Shown here: positions 1 through 12,236 of the stretch, piece by piece
Position numbering within the stretch: position 1 is the first letter of the stretch
How the letters are laid out: the number at the start of each line of letters is the position of its first letter
Source: Somniosus microcephalus
Taxonomy: Eukaryota
NCBI GenBank assembly: GCA_052327205.1
Contig: CM126235.1
Location: 7,316,001 to 7,380,000, forward strand
Direction of reading: 5' to 3'
Length of the DNA: 64,000 bases
The notes under the pieces: generated by a model
What the model saw: only the letters and a program-made list of their open reading frames with translations
Database searches by the model: none
What the model was told of the DNA's origin: nothing
Translations under genes and position numbers: made by a program

Positions 1-495
1 TTCAGTCCATTTCCTTGCATTTGGCAACAGAAATTATGACCCCCCCCCCCCCCCCCAATCCGACTCAAAGATATTAACTTCCCTTTTATTCCCTCCTCTA
101 AGATTCCCCTTCCCAAGGTCAGAGCAGCTAGCCTGCGCGCAGGAATTGGAGGCTGCGAGGACCGAACAGCTACCCAGGCGGACTCTGGTTTTTCCTTTCG
201 AGTTCTTCCCCTCCCAAATGGGGGGACGGGCATCAGAAGCCCACTTCGACTAGGCGTGGAGCGGGAGTTATTTTGTTCGGTTTCAAAAGGAGGACGGAGC
301 GGCGATATAGATAGGGGCAACCCGCGGAGCACGGTTTCTCCGCTCGTCTCAAAGGCTCGGGTTCGGTTCCACTCGCACGCAGGTGTCCTTGCTTCACGCG
401 CAAGTCGGAAGACCGCTCAAATGCGTGCGCGGGTGAAGGGGGGGAGAGACAGCGAGAGCGAAAGAGAGAAGGCATCACAGGCGCACTTGCCAAGC

Positions 496-632
496 CAACG
501 TTTCCCGCTAAGCTGCGTGGCCGTGCAGCGGTCTGGAGGTCCCGCGCAGGCCGCTCACCGGCTTCTACAGGGAAGAAACCGCGCATGCGTGAGAATTTGA
601 ATGGCCCGTGCGCCCAGTTAAAGGGACCATTG
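496..632. mobile_element. hAT-type MITE copy
   Basis: Ends CAACGTTTCCC / GGGACCATTG; flanks TTGCCAAGC / TTGCCAGC. Confidence 0.72.
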
Positions 633-1623
633 TTGCCAGCGAGGGTTTGCTGGCCAGCAATCAAGCGTGGGAATCCCGACTTAACCTTTTCCTTCCTTTG
701 TTTAGTGATGTCTAGCACGGTCACGCGGGCAGAGATCCGCCAACTCAGCACATAGCAGGAATCAAACCGGGCACTGGTCTGATCGGTACGGCCCAATTAC
801 ACGACGGGCAGCAAATTTACTGGGCCACTAGTGGAGCCAATTCTTGTGATTTTAAAAGACTGTCCTGCAGTAAAGAAAGTGCTGACAACAGAAACACCCG
901 CCTACTTCATTTCATTTAGAAAACTCCAGCCTCAACAAAAAAAAGAGCATTCCTGTTCCTGATTTCTAAGCCACTGAACCGTTTTCTTGTAATCCAATAA
1001 TCCTAAGAAATTTGATTTTTGATTCCCTTGTGCTTTTCGCCTAATTTTCCATCCTCCTTAATTGCTTGGGTTTTGTTATACCTTAGACAGGACGTGGGTC
1101 CTCGTGTGCTCCTTCCACCCACTTTCCAATCTACTAGTTGAAATTACTCCACGGCCAGTTGCTGGGCTGTGCGAGACAGGGTCCCGATCAGCTCCCCCTC
1201 GAATCTGCCCTCCCTCCCTGGGAGGGCATGCCTGCTGCCTATCGAGGGCTGCCCGACGGTAGCGCAGGCTGAGAATGACCACTCAATGGGAGCGCCGTCC
1301 TGGGGCCCAATGCTCCGCCTTTGCCCAGCCGCAAACCCGACCACAATAAGAGATCCAACAGATTCATCGCTCCCAGCCTCAATCATCAGATTACTAAAGG
1401 ACGTGTGATATTCCCCCAACTGAACAGATCAGGTCCCAGGCAATACAGAGATGTCAGCGAGCTTAAACTGACAAAACTGGGTCAGTCACACAAGAACTTC
1501 TATCGCACCATATAATTTTTTAAAAATTTAATGGGCACTCTTTGGACAATGGAGAGAGGGAGAGGGAAGAGAGAGAGAAAAAAATATATAAAACGTAACA
1601 GAAGAGGAATACAAATACCAGAT

Positions 1624-2718
1624 TTAGAGAGCTGACTTTTTGTAGGGAAAGTCTCTAGCCTCGGATTTACTAGGCTGTCTCTTGGCGTTCACGCTATGGG
1701 TGATACAACAGTTTGATGGCGAGAGGAGGTTTGCCTCGGCTAGCCTTCGTCCGGAGGAGTCCTCGATGACTGAGATTAATGGCACGCCAACACTGGGGCT
1801 GGTAGGAAGACTGCAAGTCAGGTCTGTTGTCATTGGCGTGTCAGTCCCACCCCTCCGGTAAAGGTAATCGCAACAGCTAGGCTCCGGGGAAGAAAGGTTG
1901 TCCGATTTTACTGTGGTCTGCGGGGAGTTGCGTTGTCTTAGCTGAGAAGCTGGTGGTTCGCAGGAGAGAAATGAACACTTGATTGGCGACACAAGCCTAG
2001 GCCGAGGTTTCTGCTCTTCAGCCGGCAATCCATGTATCAAGTCCGTCCCCATCAAAGTCCCACCAGCAACGGCTTTATAACTAGCCAGTTCTAATGGTGG
2101 TTGCTGGTCAGGCCTTCCAAAGTGTTGATGAATGTCAAGTAGCCTTTCCTCATGAGCTGGCAGACCATGGGTCAAATCTGTGCCAGCAGTACAATGGACA
2201 ACCTCTACTGTAGAAGATGGGTCAAGATTTACAGAAGTCCTCTTTAGTTCAGGCTTCTCGTGAGGATCAGTGGATTCACTGCTCAAAGTCTCTTTCCTTT
2301 TTGATGGTGAAGTAGGGTTTATCTGGGCTTGCTTATTTAGGCCTGTGGGCGGCCTGGGATTATTTTTCAAGTCCTGACAGAACGGGTGACCCTTTGAAGG
2401 GGAAGGCAACTTTTGAGACAAAACGGAGGACTGGCAAGAATCTTCAGGAGAAAAGTCATAGAAATCAGGGTAGTTCCAAAAGTCTACGTGCCTCCGAGGC
2501 TTCTGCCCCCTAGAGTGCTTCTTCTTCCTTAAACTGTACTTACTGATACCTCGACTGGAGCAGAGGGGTTCAGATGATTCCGCTGCGGGCTCCGTAGAAT
2601 CCCGGCCAGCGTCAGCGACGGCTTTGCAAAGCTCAGGGTCTTTGGCGGTCAAGTTTTGCTTTGATGCGGCTGCCATGGCAATGTCAGGCATCAAGTCCTT
2701 CACCAAACTTTTGGAACT
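1624..2718 (-). CDS. btbd7: BTBD7-like terminal coding exon
   Basis: SSKSLVKDLMPDIA...YPDFYDFS...SGRRLA...DFPYKKSAL*; these motifs and the YKKSAL end match BTBD7; cacAG acceptor at 2720-2719. Confidence 0.92.
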   Translation of the reverse strand, partial: SSKSLVKDLMPDIAMAAASKQNLTAKDPELCKAVADAGRDSTEPAAESSEPLCSSRGISKYSLRKKKHSRGQKPRRHVDFWNYPDFYDFSPEDSCQSSVLSQKLPSPSKGHPFCQDLKNNPRPPTGLNKQAQINPTSPSKRKETLSSESTDPHEKPELKRTSVNLDPSSTVEVVHCTAGTDLTHGLPAHEERLLDIHQHFGRPDQQPPLELASYKAVAGGTLMGTDLIHGLPAEEQKPRPRLVSPIKCSFLSCEPPASQLRQRNSPQTTVKSDNLSSPEPSCCDYLYRRGGTDTPMTTDLTCSLPTSPSVGVPLISVIEDSSGRRLAEANLLSPSNCCITHSVNAKRQPSKSEARDFPYKKSAL

Positions 2719-2842
2719 CTGTGAAGTCAAACAGTTAAATTAGACAGTAAAAATTGCCAAAGTGAATCCACACTATAGGAGGCATCAGTAGCTTTTATAT
2801 TGTATTAAAAATTTTGCATCTGCACACACATCCGGTCTACTT

Positions 2843-3964
2843 TTTCCATTATAAATGTGGAGACACTGCAGCATCACCACTGGTGGGAGGATGTAATTGC
2901 AGCGTGACTAGTTTACATAGGATGTTTCATTATAAATATGAATCTAGGAATTTATAATAGAAATACAAAAGTGTTATTTCTGCGAGCCCTGGTCCAATCA
3001 TCCCCACCCTGTAACTCTGAATCGCCTGAAGACTAAACTTGATTTCGCCTCCCCCATGTGCAATGCCACAGAAGATCAAGTAGTAATATATTAAATGTGA
3101 GGAAACAAAAGAACAACTGTATTTATTATAACGTCTTGCACGACCTCAGGACGTCCACGGTGATTTACAGCCAATGAAGCACTTTTAAAGTAGAGTCACT
3201 GTTAGAATGTAGTGAAAAATAGCAGCCAAATTGTGTACAGCAAGGTCCCACAAACAGCTAGGAGATAAATAACCAGATATTTTAGTGATGATGGTTAAGG
3301 AATAAATGTTAGCCAGGACACCAGGAGAACTCCTCTGCTCTTCTTCGGATAAGATCTTTTGCGGCCACTTGAAAGAGCAGATGGGGGCCACGATTTAACA
3401 GCACCTCCAACAGTGTATGTGCACGCCCATCCCTCCCTCGCCGCCCATCACATCTCCGGCTGAAGATCCGCGAATTAAACACAGACCAGGGATGACAGCT
3501 AGGTCCCTTCCTAGTCTGCCTCACGCTTGGCAACACCTTTTTAAAATCAATTGAGTCATTGGGACTGGGAGAAAGACAGGGGCCTAGAAGTTCGTCTCGG
3601 GCGGTATCGGATCGGCCGCCCGTTATACGCAGCACCTGATATTCAGCTCCATTGCAGTCAACTGAACTGAATACCAAGCGCTGCGTATTAACGGGCGGGA
3701 CGATCCGATACCGCCCGCTTTGTACTACCGACCGAGAAGAATTTCTAGGCCAGTGCATTTTGAATAGATGCATCTACTGGGATAATGAGGAAGATGAATG
3801 CGGTAAGAAAGGAGAAAGAATTTGGAGACATTGCAGCATCACCACTGGTGGGAGGATGTAATTGCAGCGTGACTAGTTTACATAAGCAACTTCCATTATA
3901 AATGTGGCGACACTGCAGCATCACCACTGGTGGGAGGATGTAATTGCAGCGTGACTCGTTTACA
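2843..3964. repeat. Three copies of a roughly 75-bp local repeat in the last BTBD7-like intron
   Basis: TGCAGCATCACCACTGGTGGGAGGATGTAATTGCAGCGTGACT..TTTACA at about 2867, 3832 and 3914. Confidence 0.85.
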
Positions 3965-4248
3965 CGCCTTTCACGACCTCACAACGTCCCAAAGCGCCTT
4001 ACCGCTACTGAAGTACTTTTGAAGTCTAGTAACTGTTGTAATGTAGGAGTCCTTAGCCATAAACAAAATGCCGGTTTACCATCAAAGCAAACCTCTCTTG
4101 TTTCGCTCCAGTAACCTCTTGGAAGGTTTAAGTACTGCAGCAGAGATCAGCGGGTACAATGCAGTAAGTAGCACAGTGACATTAGTGAAGCACAGAACAG
4201 ACCCGCACCCATCTGAAGCAAGTAGTGTAAATATATACTTACAGATAC

Positions 4249-4617
4249 CTGCTCCTCGAGTGGCATGTGGCTATCACTGGGCTCCTCACAGCTAATCGCC
4301 CTGACGGAGGCCTGCACTGCCTGCTCTGAAGTCCGAGCGCCAGAATGTGGCTGCAGGTTGGCACGCAAAGCACGGCATGAGGTAGGCTGGCTGTCATCTT
4401 TCTGTTCACTGGGTTGGGTCCGGTCTCTCCTGGGTGTTGGAGGGGGGTGGTAGGGAGGGGGAGGGGGAGGAAGCGGGGGGCTGAAATTCCTGAAAGGATC
4501 CAGGCTCAGGACGTTGGTTTCCTTGACTGGAGTGGTCCGACGGGAGTTTGGTTGACGGTTTGCGAAAATTGGGCTTTCAGTGCCTAAATGCTCATTAGGA
4601 AAATACACTGTGGGATA
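4249..4617 (-). CDS. btbd7: BTBD7-like penultimate exon, proline-rich (alternative donor would extend it to 4243)
   Basis: YPTVYFPNEHLGTESP...FSPPLPPPPPPYHPPPTP...EEQ carries the BTBD7 PPLPPPPPPYHPP motif; ttgcAG acceptor; tandem donors GTATCT and GTAAGT. Confidence 0.88.
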
Positions 4618-4754
4618 CTGCAATGGAAAGAGGATAAAAAGGTAAGTGGAAGGAACATTAGATCTCTTTTAGAGAAAAAACACACAGCTGGTAAAGAGAC
4701 ACAAAATATTGCAAATCTGAAATATAGGCAGAATAAGCTGGAAACACACAGCGG

Positions 4755-4919
4755 CGATGTTCCCTGCAATGTTTTTTGGGGTGCATGAGCCCTTTAACTG
4801 GCTGCGCGGTCCATTCAATTTCTCCACGCATGCGCGGTTTTTTCCTTTGGAAAACCGGTGAGCGGCCTGCGCGGGACATCCAGACCGCTGTTGGGCCGTG
4901 CGGCTCAACAGCAACATTG
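4755..4919. mobile_element. hAT-type MITE copy
   Basis: Ends CGATGTTCCC / GCAACATTG; TSD CACAGCGG / CACAGCGC. Confidence 0.75.
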
Positions 4920-5004
4920 CACAGCGCGTCAAGCAACATCGGAAAGGAAAGGCCAACATTTCAAATTAGAATCTTTCTTCACAGTTCCGACGACGGGTCC
5001 ACAC

Positions 5005-5150
5005 TAATGTTGCCTCCAATTTTAATTTTTTTAAGCGCGTGGGCATTCAAATATTTGCGTGTGCGCGGTTTCTTCCATTGAAAAGCTGGTGAGCGGCCTG
5101 TGCGAGACCTCCAGACCGCTGTGCGTCCGCGCAGCTTAGCGGGAACATTG
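5005..5150. mobile_element. hAT-type MITE copy
   Basis: Ends TAATGTTGCC / GGGAACATTG; TSD GTCCACAC / GTCCGCAC. Confidence 0.78.
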
Positions 5151-5862
5151 GTCCGCACCCAATAAGTTAGCTTCGTCTCTCTTTCTCTCCCCCACCGCCC
5201 CCCACCCCCAAAAGTACACTTTCTATTATTTTGTGTTTTTTATTTTAAAATTCCTTTATTAATTCGATCAATAATGTCTCTGGCTGGAACAGGATGTGGG
5301 AGAGTCTCGAGCCTGCTCACACCCGTAAGGCCGTTGCTCAGACAGATTGCGGGCTTCATTTGGGCTGTACAGGTTTTTTTTTTTTAATATAAACGGGAGA
5401 GCAACAACAACAACTACTTGCATTTATGGAACGTCTTTAACGTAGTTAAACATCCCAAGGTGCTTCACAGGAGCAGTGATCAAAATTTGACAGCGAGCCA
5501 GATAAGGAGATATTAGGACAGGTGACCAAAAGCCTGGTCAAAGAGGTCGGTTTTAAGGAGTGTCTTAGAGAGAGAGGCGGAGAGGATTAGGGAGGGAATT
5601 CCAGCGCTTAAGGGCCCAGGCAGCTGAAGGCACGGCCGCCAATGGTGGAGCGATGGGAATTGTGGACACGCAAGAGGCCAGAATCGGAGGAGCGCAGAGA
5701 TTCAGGAGGGTTGTAGGGCTGGAGGAGGTTACAGAGATATGGAGGGGGCAGCAGAATAACGCCTTGTGCGTTACATAATATTACGCCTCATTCCTTCTTA
5801 AGCAGCTCACCGGCGAGTTTACCATGAGCCAGGCCACAGGAGATCATCTGGTGTTAATAGCA

Positions 5863-7115
5863 TAGAAACATAGGAGGAGTCGGCCATTCGAGCCTGCTCC
5901 GCCATTCAATATGATCATGGCTGATCCTCTATCTCAATACCATATTCCCACTCTCTCCCCATACCCCTTGATGCCTTTTGTGTCTAGAAATCTATCTAGC
6001 TCCTTCTTAAATATATTCAGTGACTTGGCCTCCACAGCCTTCTGTGGTAGAGAATTTCACAGGTTCACCACCCTCTGAGTGAAGACATTTCTCCTCATCT
6101 CAGTCCTAAATGTCCTACCCCGTATCCTGAGACTGTGACCCCTCGTTCTAGACCCTCCCCCCCCAGCCAGGGGAAACATCCTCCCTGCATCCAGTCTGTC
6201 TAGCCCTGTCAGAATTTTATACGTTTCAATGAGATCCCCTCTCATTCTTCTAAACTCTAGTCAATACAGGCCTAGTCGACCCAATCTCTCCTCATACGAC
6301 AGTCCTGCCATCCCAGGAATCAGTCTGGTGAACCTTCGCTGCACTCCCTCTATGGCAAGTATATCCTTTCTTAGGTAAGGAGACCAAAACTGCACACAGT
6401 ACCAAGGCCCTGTATAACTGTAGTAAGACATCCTTATACGGTGGCATAGTGGTTAGCACTGTTGCCTCACAGCGCCAGGGACCCGGGTTCAAATCCGGCC
6501 TCGGGTGACTGTCTGTGTGGAGTTTGCACATTCTCCCCGTGTTTGCGTGGGTTTCCTCCGGGTGCTCCGGTTTCCTCCCACAGTCCAAAGATGTGCGGGT
6601 TAGGTTGATTGGCCATGATAAAAATTGGCCCTTAGTGTTAGGGGGGGATTAAATACGTGGGGTTACAGGGATAGGGCTTGTGTGGGATGGCTGTCGGTGT
6701 AGGGACCGGGTGCTAGGGTTTGGATGATCAGCCATGATCTCGTTGAATGGCGGAGCAGGCTCGAGGGGCCAAATGGCCTACTCCTGCTCCTATCTTCTAT
6801 GTTTCTATGTTTCTATACCCCAGAAATGGAGTGCCCTGCCCTATGGAAGATTATACGGATGGGAATTCTTTTGAAAAACAATTGAATATTGCCAATCTGC
6901 TTCCTTCCTTACATTTGAAGAACACAAAAAGGATTGTTCACTCTCTTAGATAAGGAGACCAAAACTGCACACGGTACTCCAGGTGTGGTCTCACCAAGGC
7001 CCTGTATAACTGTAGTAAGACACCCTCGCTCCTGTACTCAAATCCTCTTGCAATGAGAGCCAACATACCATTTGCCTTCCTAACTGCTTGCTGCACCTGC
7101 GGGTTTGCTTTCAGT
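5863..7115 (-). mobile_element. CR1 (HER1-like) 3' fragment interrupted by a V-SINE
   Basis: RGDLIETYKIL...RRNVFTQRVVNL; (TTTCTATG)-type tail. Confidence 0.85.
6439..6817 (+). mobile_element. V-SINE (HE1-like) with CR1-derived tail
   Basis: tRNA head with A box TGGCATAGTGG and B box GGTTCAAATCC; V-domain TGTGTGGAGTTTGCACATTCTCCCCGTG...GGTTTCCTCCCACAGTCCAAAGA; CR1 tail. Confidence 0.88.
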
Positions 7116-8152
7116 TATCTGCAAGGTCCCACACAGGCCGCTCACCGGTTTTTACATTGTGAATACCGCGCATGCGCAGGCGACATTTAAAGGGGCCGCG
7201 CATTAAAAGAAACAGGCCGCGCAGAACAAAAGGGCAGCGTACAGGGAACATGGAACACCTGCACGGACCTTTTGGGCCGGAGGGCCCGTTTCTCTCTGCC
7301 GTAAATACTATCCAACATGCAGGTCACCAGCTGACAGGGCGGACAGGCACTCCATCCCCTCTAGCAGTGTGCTTCTTCAGCTCAGCCTCTAGATGGTGCC
7401 CAAGAGCAGTGCAGGGAGGGGGAATCTCGCTCACCTCTCATTTCCCCACACTCACAGCTCGTGGGGGGGGGGGGGGGAAAAAGGTGGGCAACACACAGCA
7501 AAATGTCCGACAACAAAGCCAAGATCAGGAACTCTCCACAAGGGGGAGCACGGGACAAAGAAAATAGTCTTAAAAGAAAAGTTAAAAAAAATTCAAAACA
7601 GCACGGTGTTGAATTACACCTGTAAATTACAGACGTATCAAAACTCAATTTTGTTTTGTTTTTGGCAGCGTTTTTAAGCTTGTTTGATCCATTTAGAAGT
7701 CTGTGCAACACAACAGTCTGCCCACACCCTCAAGTAAGCTGGCAAAAGTCAACTGGTAGCTCAGACTTAAGTCAAGAGTGCTCAGATGAAGGGGAGAGGG
7801 GAAAAGCAATTAAAAACAAAGTCAAATTAAAACAAAACTGGATCGAAATTTGTATCATTATATCTGCTGCACGAAATTGGTCTATTAAATACAGAAGGCT
7901 TATTAAACTGGCACAATCTAGTACAGCGCAAATCAATTCTACAGTGTACTTTCTCGACAATTAGCTGCGGGAAAACGCTGCGAAAATTCAATAGCTGCAC
8001 GTGAACAATCAATTAAGATTTAAAAGTAACAGCTTTAGGTAGACAAGCCGGGCACTTGCTAAATTTCTTTTGGTCCCTAGTCGATTGGATTCCACACTGC
8101 TAACACAATAACCCCCTTTGCAGATACGCACGCCGCTTCCCCAAACGATTAC

Positions 8153-8331
8153 CTTTAATAATTCAGTGGCTGTATCAGGAAGGCTGAACTCTCTGACCAC
8201 ACGTAAATAGACTGCCCGGATGACCGTGGCCCCTGCACCAATGTTCAAAGCGTATGCCCTCTGCACCTGGTCGCTGTGCCATATCTCCTTGAGCCGCCTA
8301 AACATGGCTTTAACGACGTCCACTGGAGGTA
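8153..8331 (-). CDS. btbd7: BTBD7-like exon (179 nt)
   Basis: VPPVDVVKAMFRRLKEIWHSDQVQRAYALNIGAGATV...RVVREFSLPDTATELLK; (CT)n polypyrimidine tract plus AG; AAG|GTAATC donor. Confidence 0.92.
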
Positions 8332-8419
8332 CTAGAGAAAGAGAGAGAGAGAGGCTTAAAATCAGTTAATAAGATGACCACACAATAGCGATCAGTGAAC
8401 AGAACGTTAGACATGAGCC

Positions 8420-8908
8420 ATTCACACCTCCTCTAGAGTCATCTTTTGTTGCTTAACTTGTCCCATTACCCCTCTTACGATAGCAAAATACTGCGGATGC
8501 TGGAAATCCGAAACAACAACAGAAAACGCTGGAAACACTCAGCAGGCCAGGGCAGCGTCCGTGGAGAGAGAAACAGAGTCAGCGTTTCAGGTCAATGACC
8601 CTTCGTAAAGGTCATCGACCTGAAACGTCAACTCTGTTTCTCTCTCCACGGATGCTGCCGTTACCTTTCTTTATGCCTCACACCATCATTCCTTTTGTCA
8701 GTCAATCGCTGCTGCCTTCTGTCCTGTCACAGACCTTCCCTTTGTTCTTTCCTCCCCGCCCCTGCTTAAAAATCTCTCTTCTCTAACCTTTTCCAGTTAT
8801 GACGAAGAGTCCTCGACCCTGAAACGTTAACTCGGTTTCTCTCTCCACGGATGCTGCCTGACCTGCTGAGCGTCTCCAGCATTTTCTGTTGTTATTTCAG
8901 ATTTCCAG
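8420..8908. mobile_element. Penelope-type terminal repeat remnants in fold-back arrangement
   Basis: 8497-8604 is inverted at 8608-8659 and again at 8800-8908; related pieces at 4700-5190, 59340-59480 and 60030-60210. Confidence 0.65.
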
Positions 8909-9522
8909 CTATTGTATTATGTTAGACATGAGCAGCTCGGTTTCCACTTGACTCTGGTCTTTGGTGCGGTGTGGAAAACAAGCCATCAGGGGCAACCTCA
9001 AATGCGCCAATCGGATCAATAGCACGCATTCAGACACGCAACGAACTTCCCAAACAGCTTCTGAGGACACAAATGGCAGCATTGCAGGATTTGTAACACT
9101 CGGGAGCTGCATTCTTGCCATTGCTCCTTCGTCCTGCGGCGGGGCTGACTATTTCTCCCGGGAGTAGCCCTGCCATGGTTTGGTAGGAGATGTGAGCTAT
9201 TTTTAATCTGCCCTTGTACAGACTCTGGCCAGTCGTATCAGCGTTTCCCCACACCCCTCCCTCACTGTATACGAGTAATCACCCTCTAGTCAAGGCCTTT
9301 ACTCACCCAGCGCGGCTACTTCTGATGCATCATTTTGTTACAATGCCATTCTCAATCAACACCCTTCAATATACTTTTGATGGGTTAGTATCTAGCGTGC
9401 ATCAGTCATCAGCATTGTCCATCTCTCACACATTTTAAAAAAGTTCCACATTACAACAATTCAAAAGTACCTCATTGGCTGTAAAGCACTTTGGGACATC
9501 CCAAGGTCATGAAGGGCGCTTC

Positions 9523-10480
9523 ATAAGAACAAAAGAAATAGGAGCAGGAGTCGGCCATTCGGCCCCTCGAGCCTGCTCCGCCATTCAATAAGATCGTGGC
9601 TGATCTGATCTTAGCCTCAACTCCATTTTTCTGCCCACTCCCCGTAACCCTCGACTCCCCTGTAAGTTCAAAAGTCTGTCTATCTCCGCCTTGAATATGT
9701 TCAATGACTCCGCCTCCACAGCTCTCTGGGGTAGAGAATTCCAAAGATTCACGACCCTCAGAGAAGAAATTCCTCCTCATCTCCGTTTTAAATGGGCGAG
9801 CTCTTATTCTGAAACTATGCCCCCTAGTTCTAGATTCCCCCACGAGGGGAAACATCCTCCCTGCATCTACCCTGTCGAGCCCCCTCAGAATTTTGTATGT
9901 TTCAATAAGATCCCCTCTCATTCTTCTAAACTCCAATCTTCTAAACTCCAATGAGTATAGGCCCAACCTGCTCAACCTTTCCTCATAAGACAACCCCTTC
10001 ACCTCAGGAATCAACCTCGTGAACCTTCTCTGAACTGCCTCCAATGCAAGTATATCCTTCCTTAAATAAGGAGACCAAAACTGTACGCAGTACTCCAGGT
10101 GTGCTCTCACCAACGCCCTGTACAGTTGTAGCAAGACCTCCCTACTTTTATACTCCACCCCTTGCAATAAAGACCAACATTCCATTCGCCTTCCTAATTA
10201 CTTGCTGTACCTGCATGCTAACTTTGTGTTTCATGCGCGAGGACCCCCCAGATCCCCCTGTACCGCAGCATTCTGTAGTCTCTCTCTATTTAAATAATAT
10301 TTTGCTTTTCTATTCTTCCTACCTAAGTGGATAACCTCACATTTTCCCACATTATACTCAATCTAGAATCCTAGAATCTTACAGCACAGGAGGCCATTCG
10401 GCCCATCGTGCCTGTGCCTGGTCTTTGAATGAGCTCTCCAATTAGTCCCACTCCCCTGCTCTTTCCCCATAGCCTTGCAA
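9523..10480 (-). mobile_element. CR1 3' fragments
   Basis: [24 protein letters not shown]...RGDLIETYKIL. Confidence 0.88.
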
Positions 10481-10980
10481 TTTAATCCCCAATTTAGTTT
10501 CCTTTTTGCCCACCCCTTTCTTGCCTTTGATTGGTCTTTCTTGCTTTCCACTTTTCCTCTGTCTTCCTTTACTTATTTTCTCTTTCCTTTTATATCTTTT
10601 CCCTTTTCCTGACCAGAATGCTGCTCCGCTGAATGACAAACTGAGAGTGGGGACTCCTGGGAATTGTAGTCTTTTACATCTGGACTCCTGTGCCCGCCAT
10701 TTTGTTTGTTAACATCAGGGCCCCTACTACTATCAGACCTGCCTATGCAAGGGGTTAGTTGCTGGGTTGGGGATCGTGAATTGGAGAGAGGGCCTGAAGT
10801 CTAGACAGAGTCCATCTGCTGTTTGTGGAAGTAAGCAAGAGGTTACTGGAACAACATTTAAGAGCATGATGGAGTGGTCTGCACAGAGTGATCTTAAATG
10901 GGAGTGCTTCTGAGCCAAATTTTTGCCCACTCACTTAGCTGTATAAATGCAAGTCTGTCTTTCTATTGGATTAGTCCCCG

Positions 10981-11594
10981 AGACCATGGACCACGTACAG
11001 CAGGCACCTCAAAGCACTGGAGAGGTACCACCAACGCTGCCTCCGCAAGATCCTGCAAATCCATTGGCAGGATAGGCGCACCAACGTCAGTGTTCTTGCT
11101 CAGGCCAACATCCCCCAGCATCGAAGCTTTGACCGCGCTCGAACAGCTCCGATGGACGGGTCACTTTGTCCGCATGCCCGATACGAGACTCCCACAAAAA
11201 AACGCTCTACTCGGAGCTCAGGCACGGCAAGAGAGCCCCAGGTGGGCAGAGGAAACGCTTCAAGGACACCCTCAAAGCCTCCTTGAAAAAGTGTAACATC
11301 CCCACCGACACCTGGGGATCCCTGGCCCAAGACCGCACAAAGTGGAGGAGCAGCATCCGGGAAGGCGCCGAACACGGAGTCTCTTCGCCGGGAGCAAGCG
11401 GAAGCCAAGCGCAGGCAGTGCAAGGAGCACACATCAACCCAAGCGCCCCACCCACCCGCCCCTTCAACCACCGTCTGCCCCACCTGTGACAGAGACTGTA
11501 GGTCCCGCATTGGACTCATCAGTCACCTGAGAACTCATTTCTAGTGTGGAAGCAAGTCATCCTCGGTTCCAAGGGACTGCCTAAGAAGAGAAGA
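10981..11594 (+). mobile_element. RTE-clade LINE 3' fragment
   Basis: QLRWTGHFVRMPDTRLP, LYSEL..G.R..GGQRKRFKDTLKASLK; AAGAG-type tail. Confidence 0.85.
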
Positions 11595-11800
11595 ATCCCT
11601 GGGAAGATTAGCTGATCAAAATAAGCACAGGCGTCGGCCGTGGCTCAGTGGGTAGCCTCTGCAGTCAGAAGGTTGTGGATTCATAATCCCACTCTTAGAC
11701 TGGACCACAAAAAATCTAGGCCGACAGTTCAGTGCAGTGCTGAGGGTGCGCTGTGCTGAAGAAGCCGGCCCCAAGATTATTGGAATAGTCGAGTCTGGAG

Positions 11801-11958
11801 CAATGTTTCCGACCCCAAGGTGCGCAGCCACGCGTCAATCACAAAGCCCCGCGCAGCCTGCTCACCGGCTGCCGCAGCCGGAAGACGCACCGCGCATGCG
11901 CGGCCACCGCGGCAAATTTAAAGGGCCCGCGCTGACCTTGGAATTAGAGGGTGCAGTG
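11801..11958. mobile_element. hAT-type MITE copy
   Basis: Starts CAATGTTTCC; exact 8-bp TSD GTCTGGAG. Confidence 0.78.
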
Positions 11959-12049
11959 GTCTGGAGGCAACAAAAGCACGGACTTCCAAGTTACAGAGGC
12001 TGTAAACATCCGGGAGGAAGAAACAGATCGTTAACGCCGAGTAACCTAC

Positions 12050-12236
12050 CAGGAACTTCATCGCGGAGAGCTGCAGAAACATGTTCATCGCAGTTGTGGG
12101 GGGATCCGGCATTCAGACGGGAAAAATCCGCCACGCTAGAGTCGACCATGTAGAGCGTATCTGGAACGCTGGATATCCGACTCATCCGGACCTTTTCCAA
12201 ACTGGTCTGCTCCGACATCAGTTCTTCCAAGAGAAT
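12050..12236 (-). CDS. btbd7: BTBD7-like exon (187 nt)
   Basis: ILLEELMSEQTSLEKVRMSRISSVPDTLYMVD...DEVP; tttAG acceptor, G|GTAGGT donor; phase 0 to 1. Confidence 0.9.

Noticed and set aside
233-1515. Several ORFs downstream of the BTBD7-like stop
   Set aside because: No recognisable domains and partly MITE or SINE derived; probably 3' UTR or intergenic. An AATAAA on the minus strand at 85-90 is too weak alone to call.
2867-3964. Spaced direct repeats as a CRISPR-like array
   Set aside because: Eukaryotic intron, only three irregularly spaced copies, no cas genes.
6439-6510. tRNA-like sequences here and at Deu-SINE 5' ends
   Set aside because: They are SINE heads continuous with SINE bodies, not tRNA genes.
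8909-9440. Overlapping short ORFs in non-repeat intronic sequence
   Set aside because: No homology recognised and not needed for the phase-consistent BTBD7-like model.
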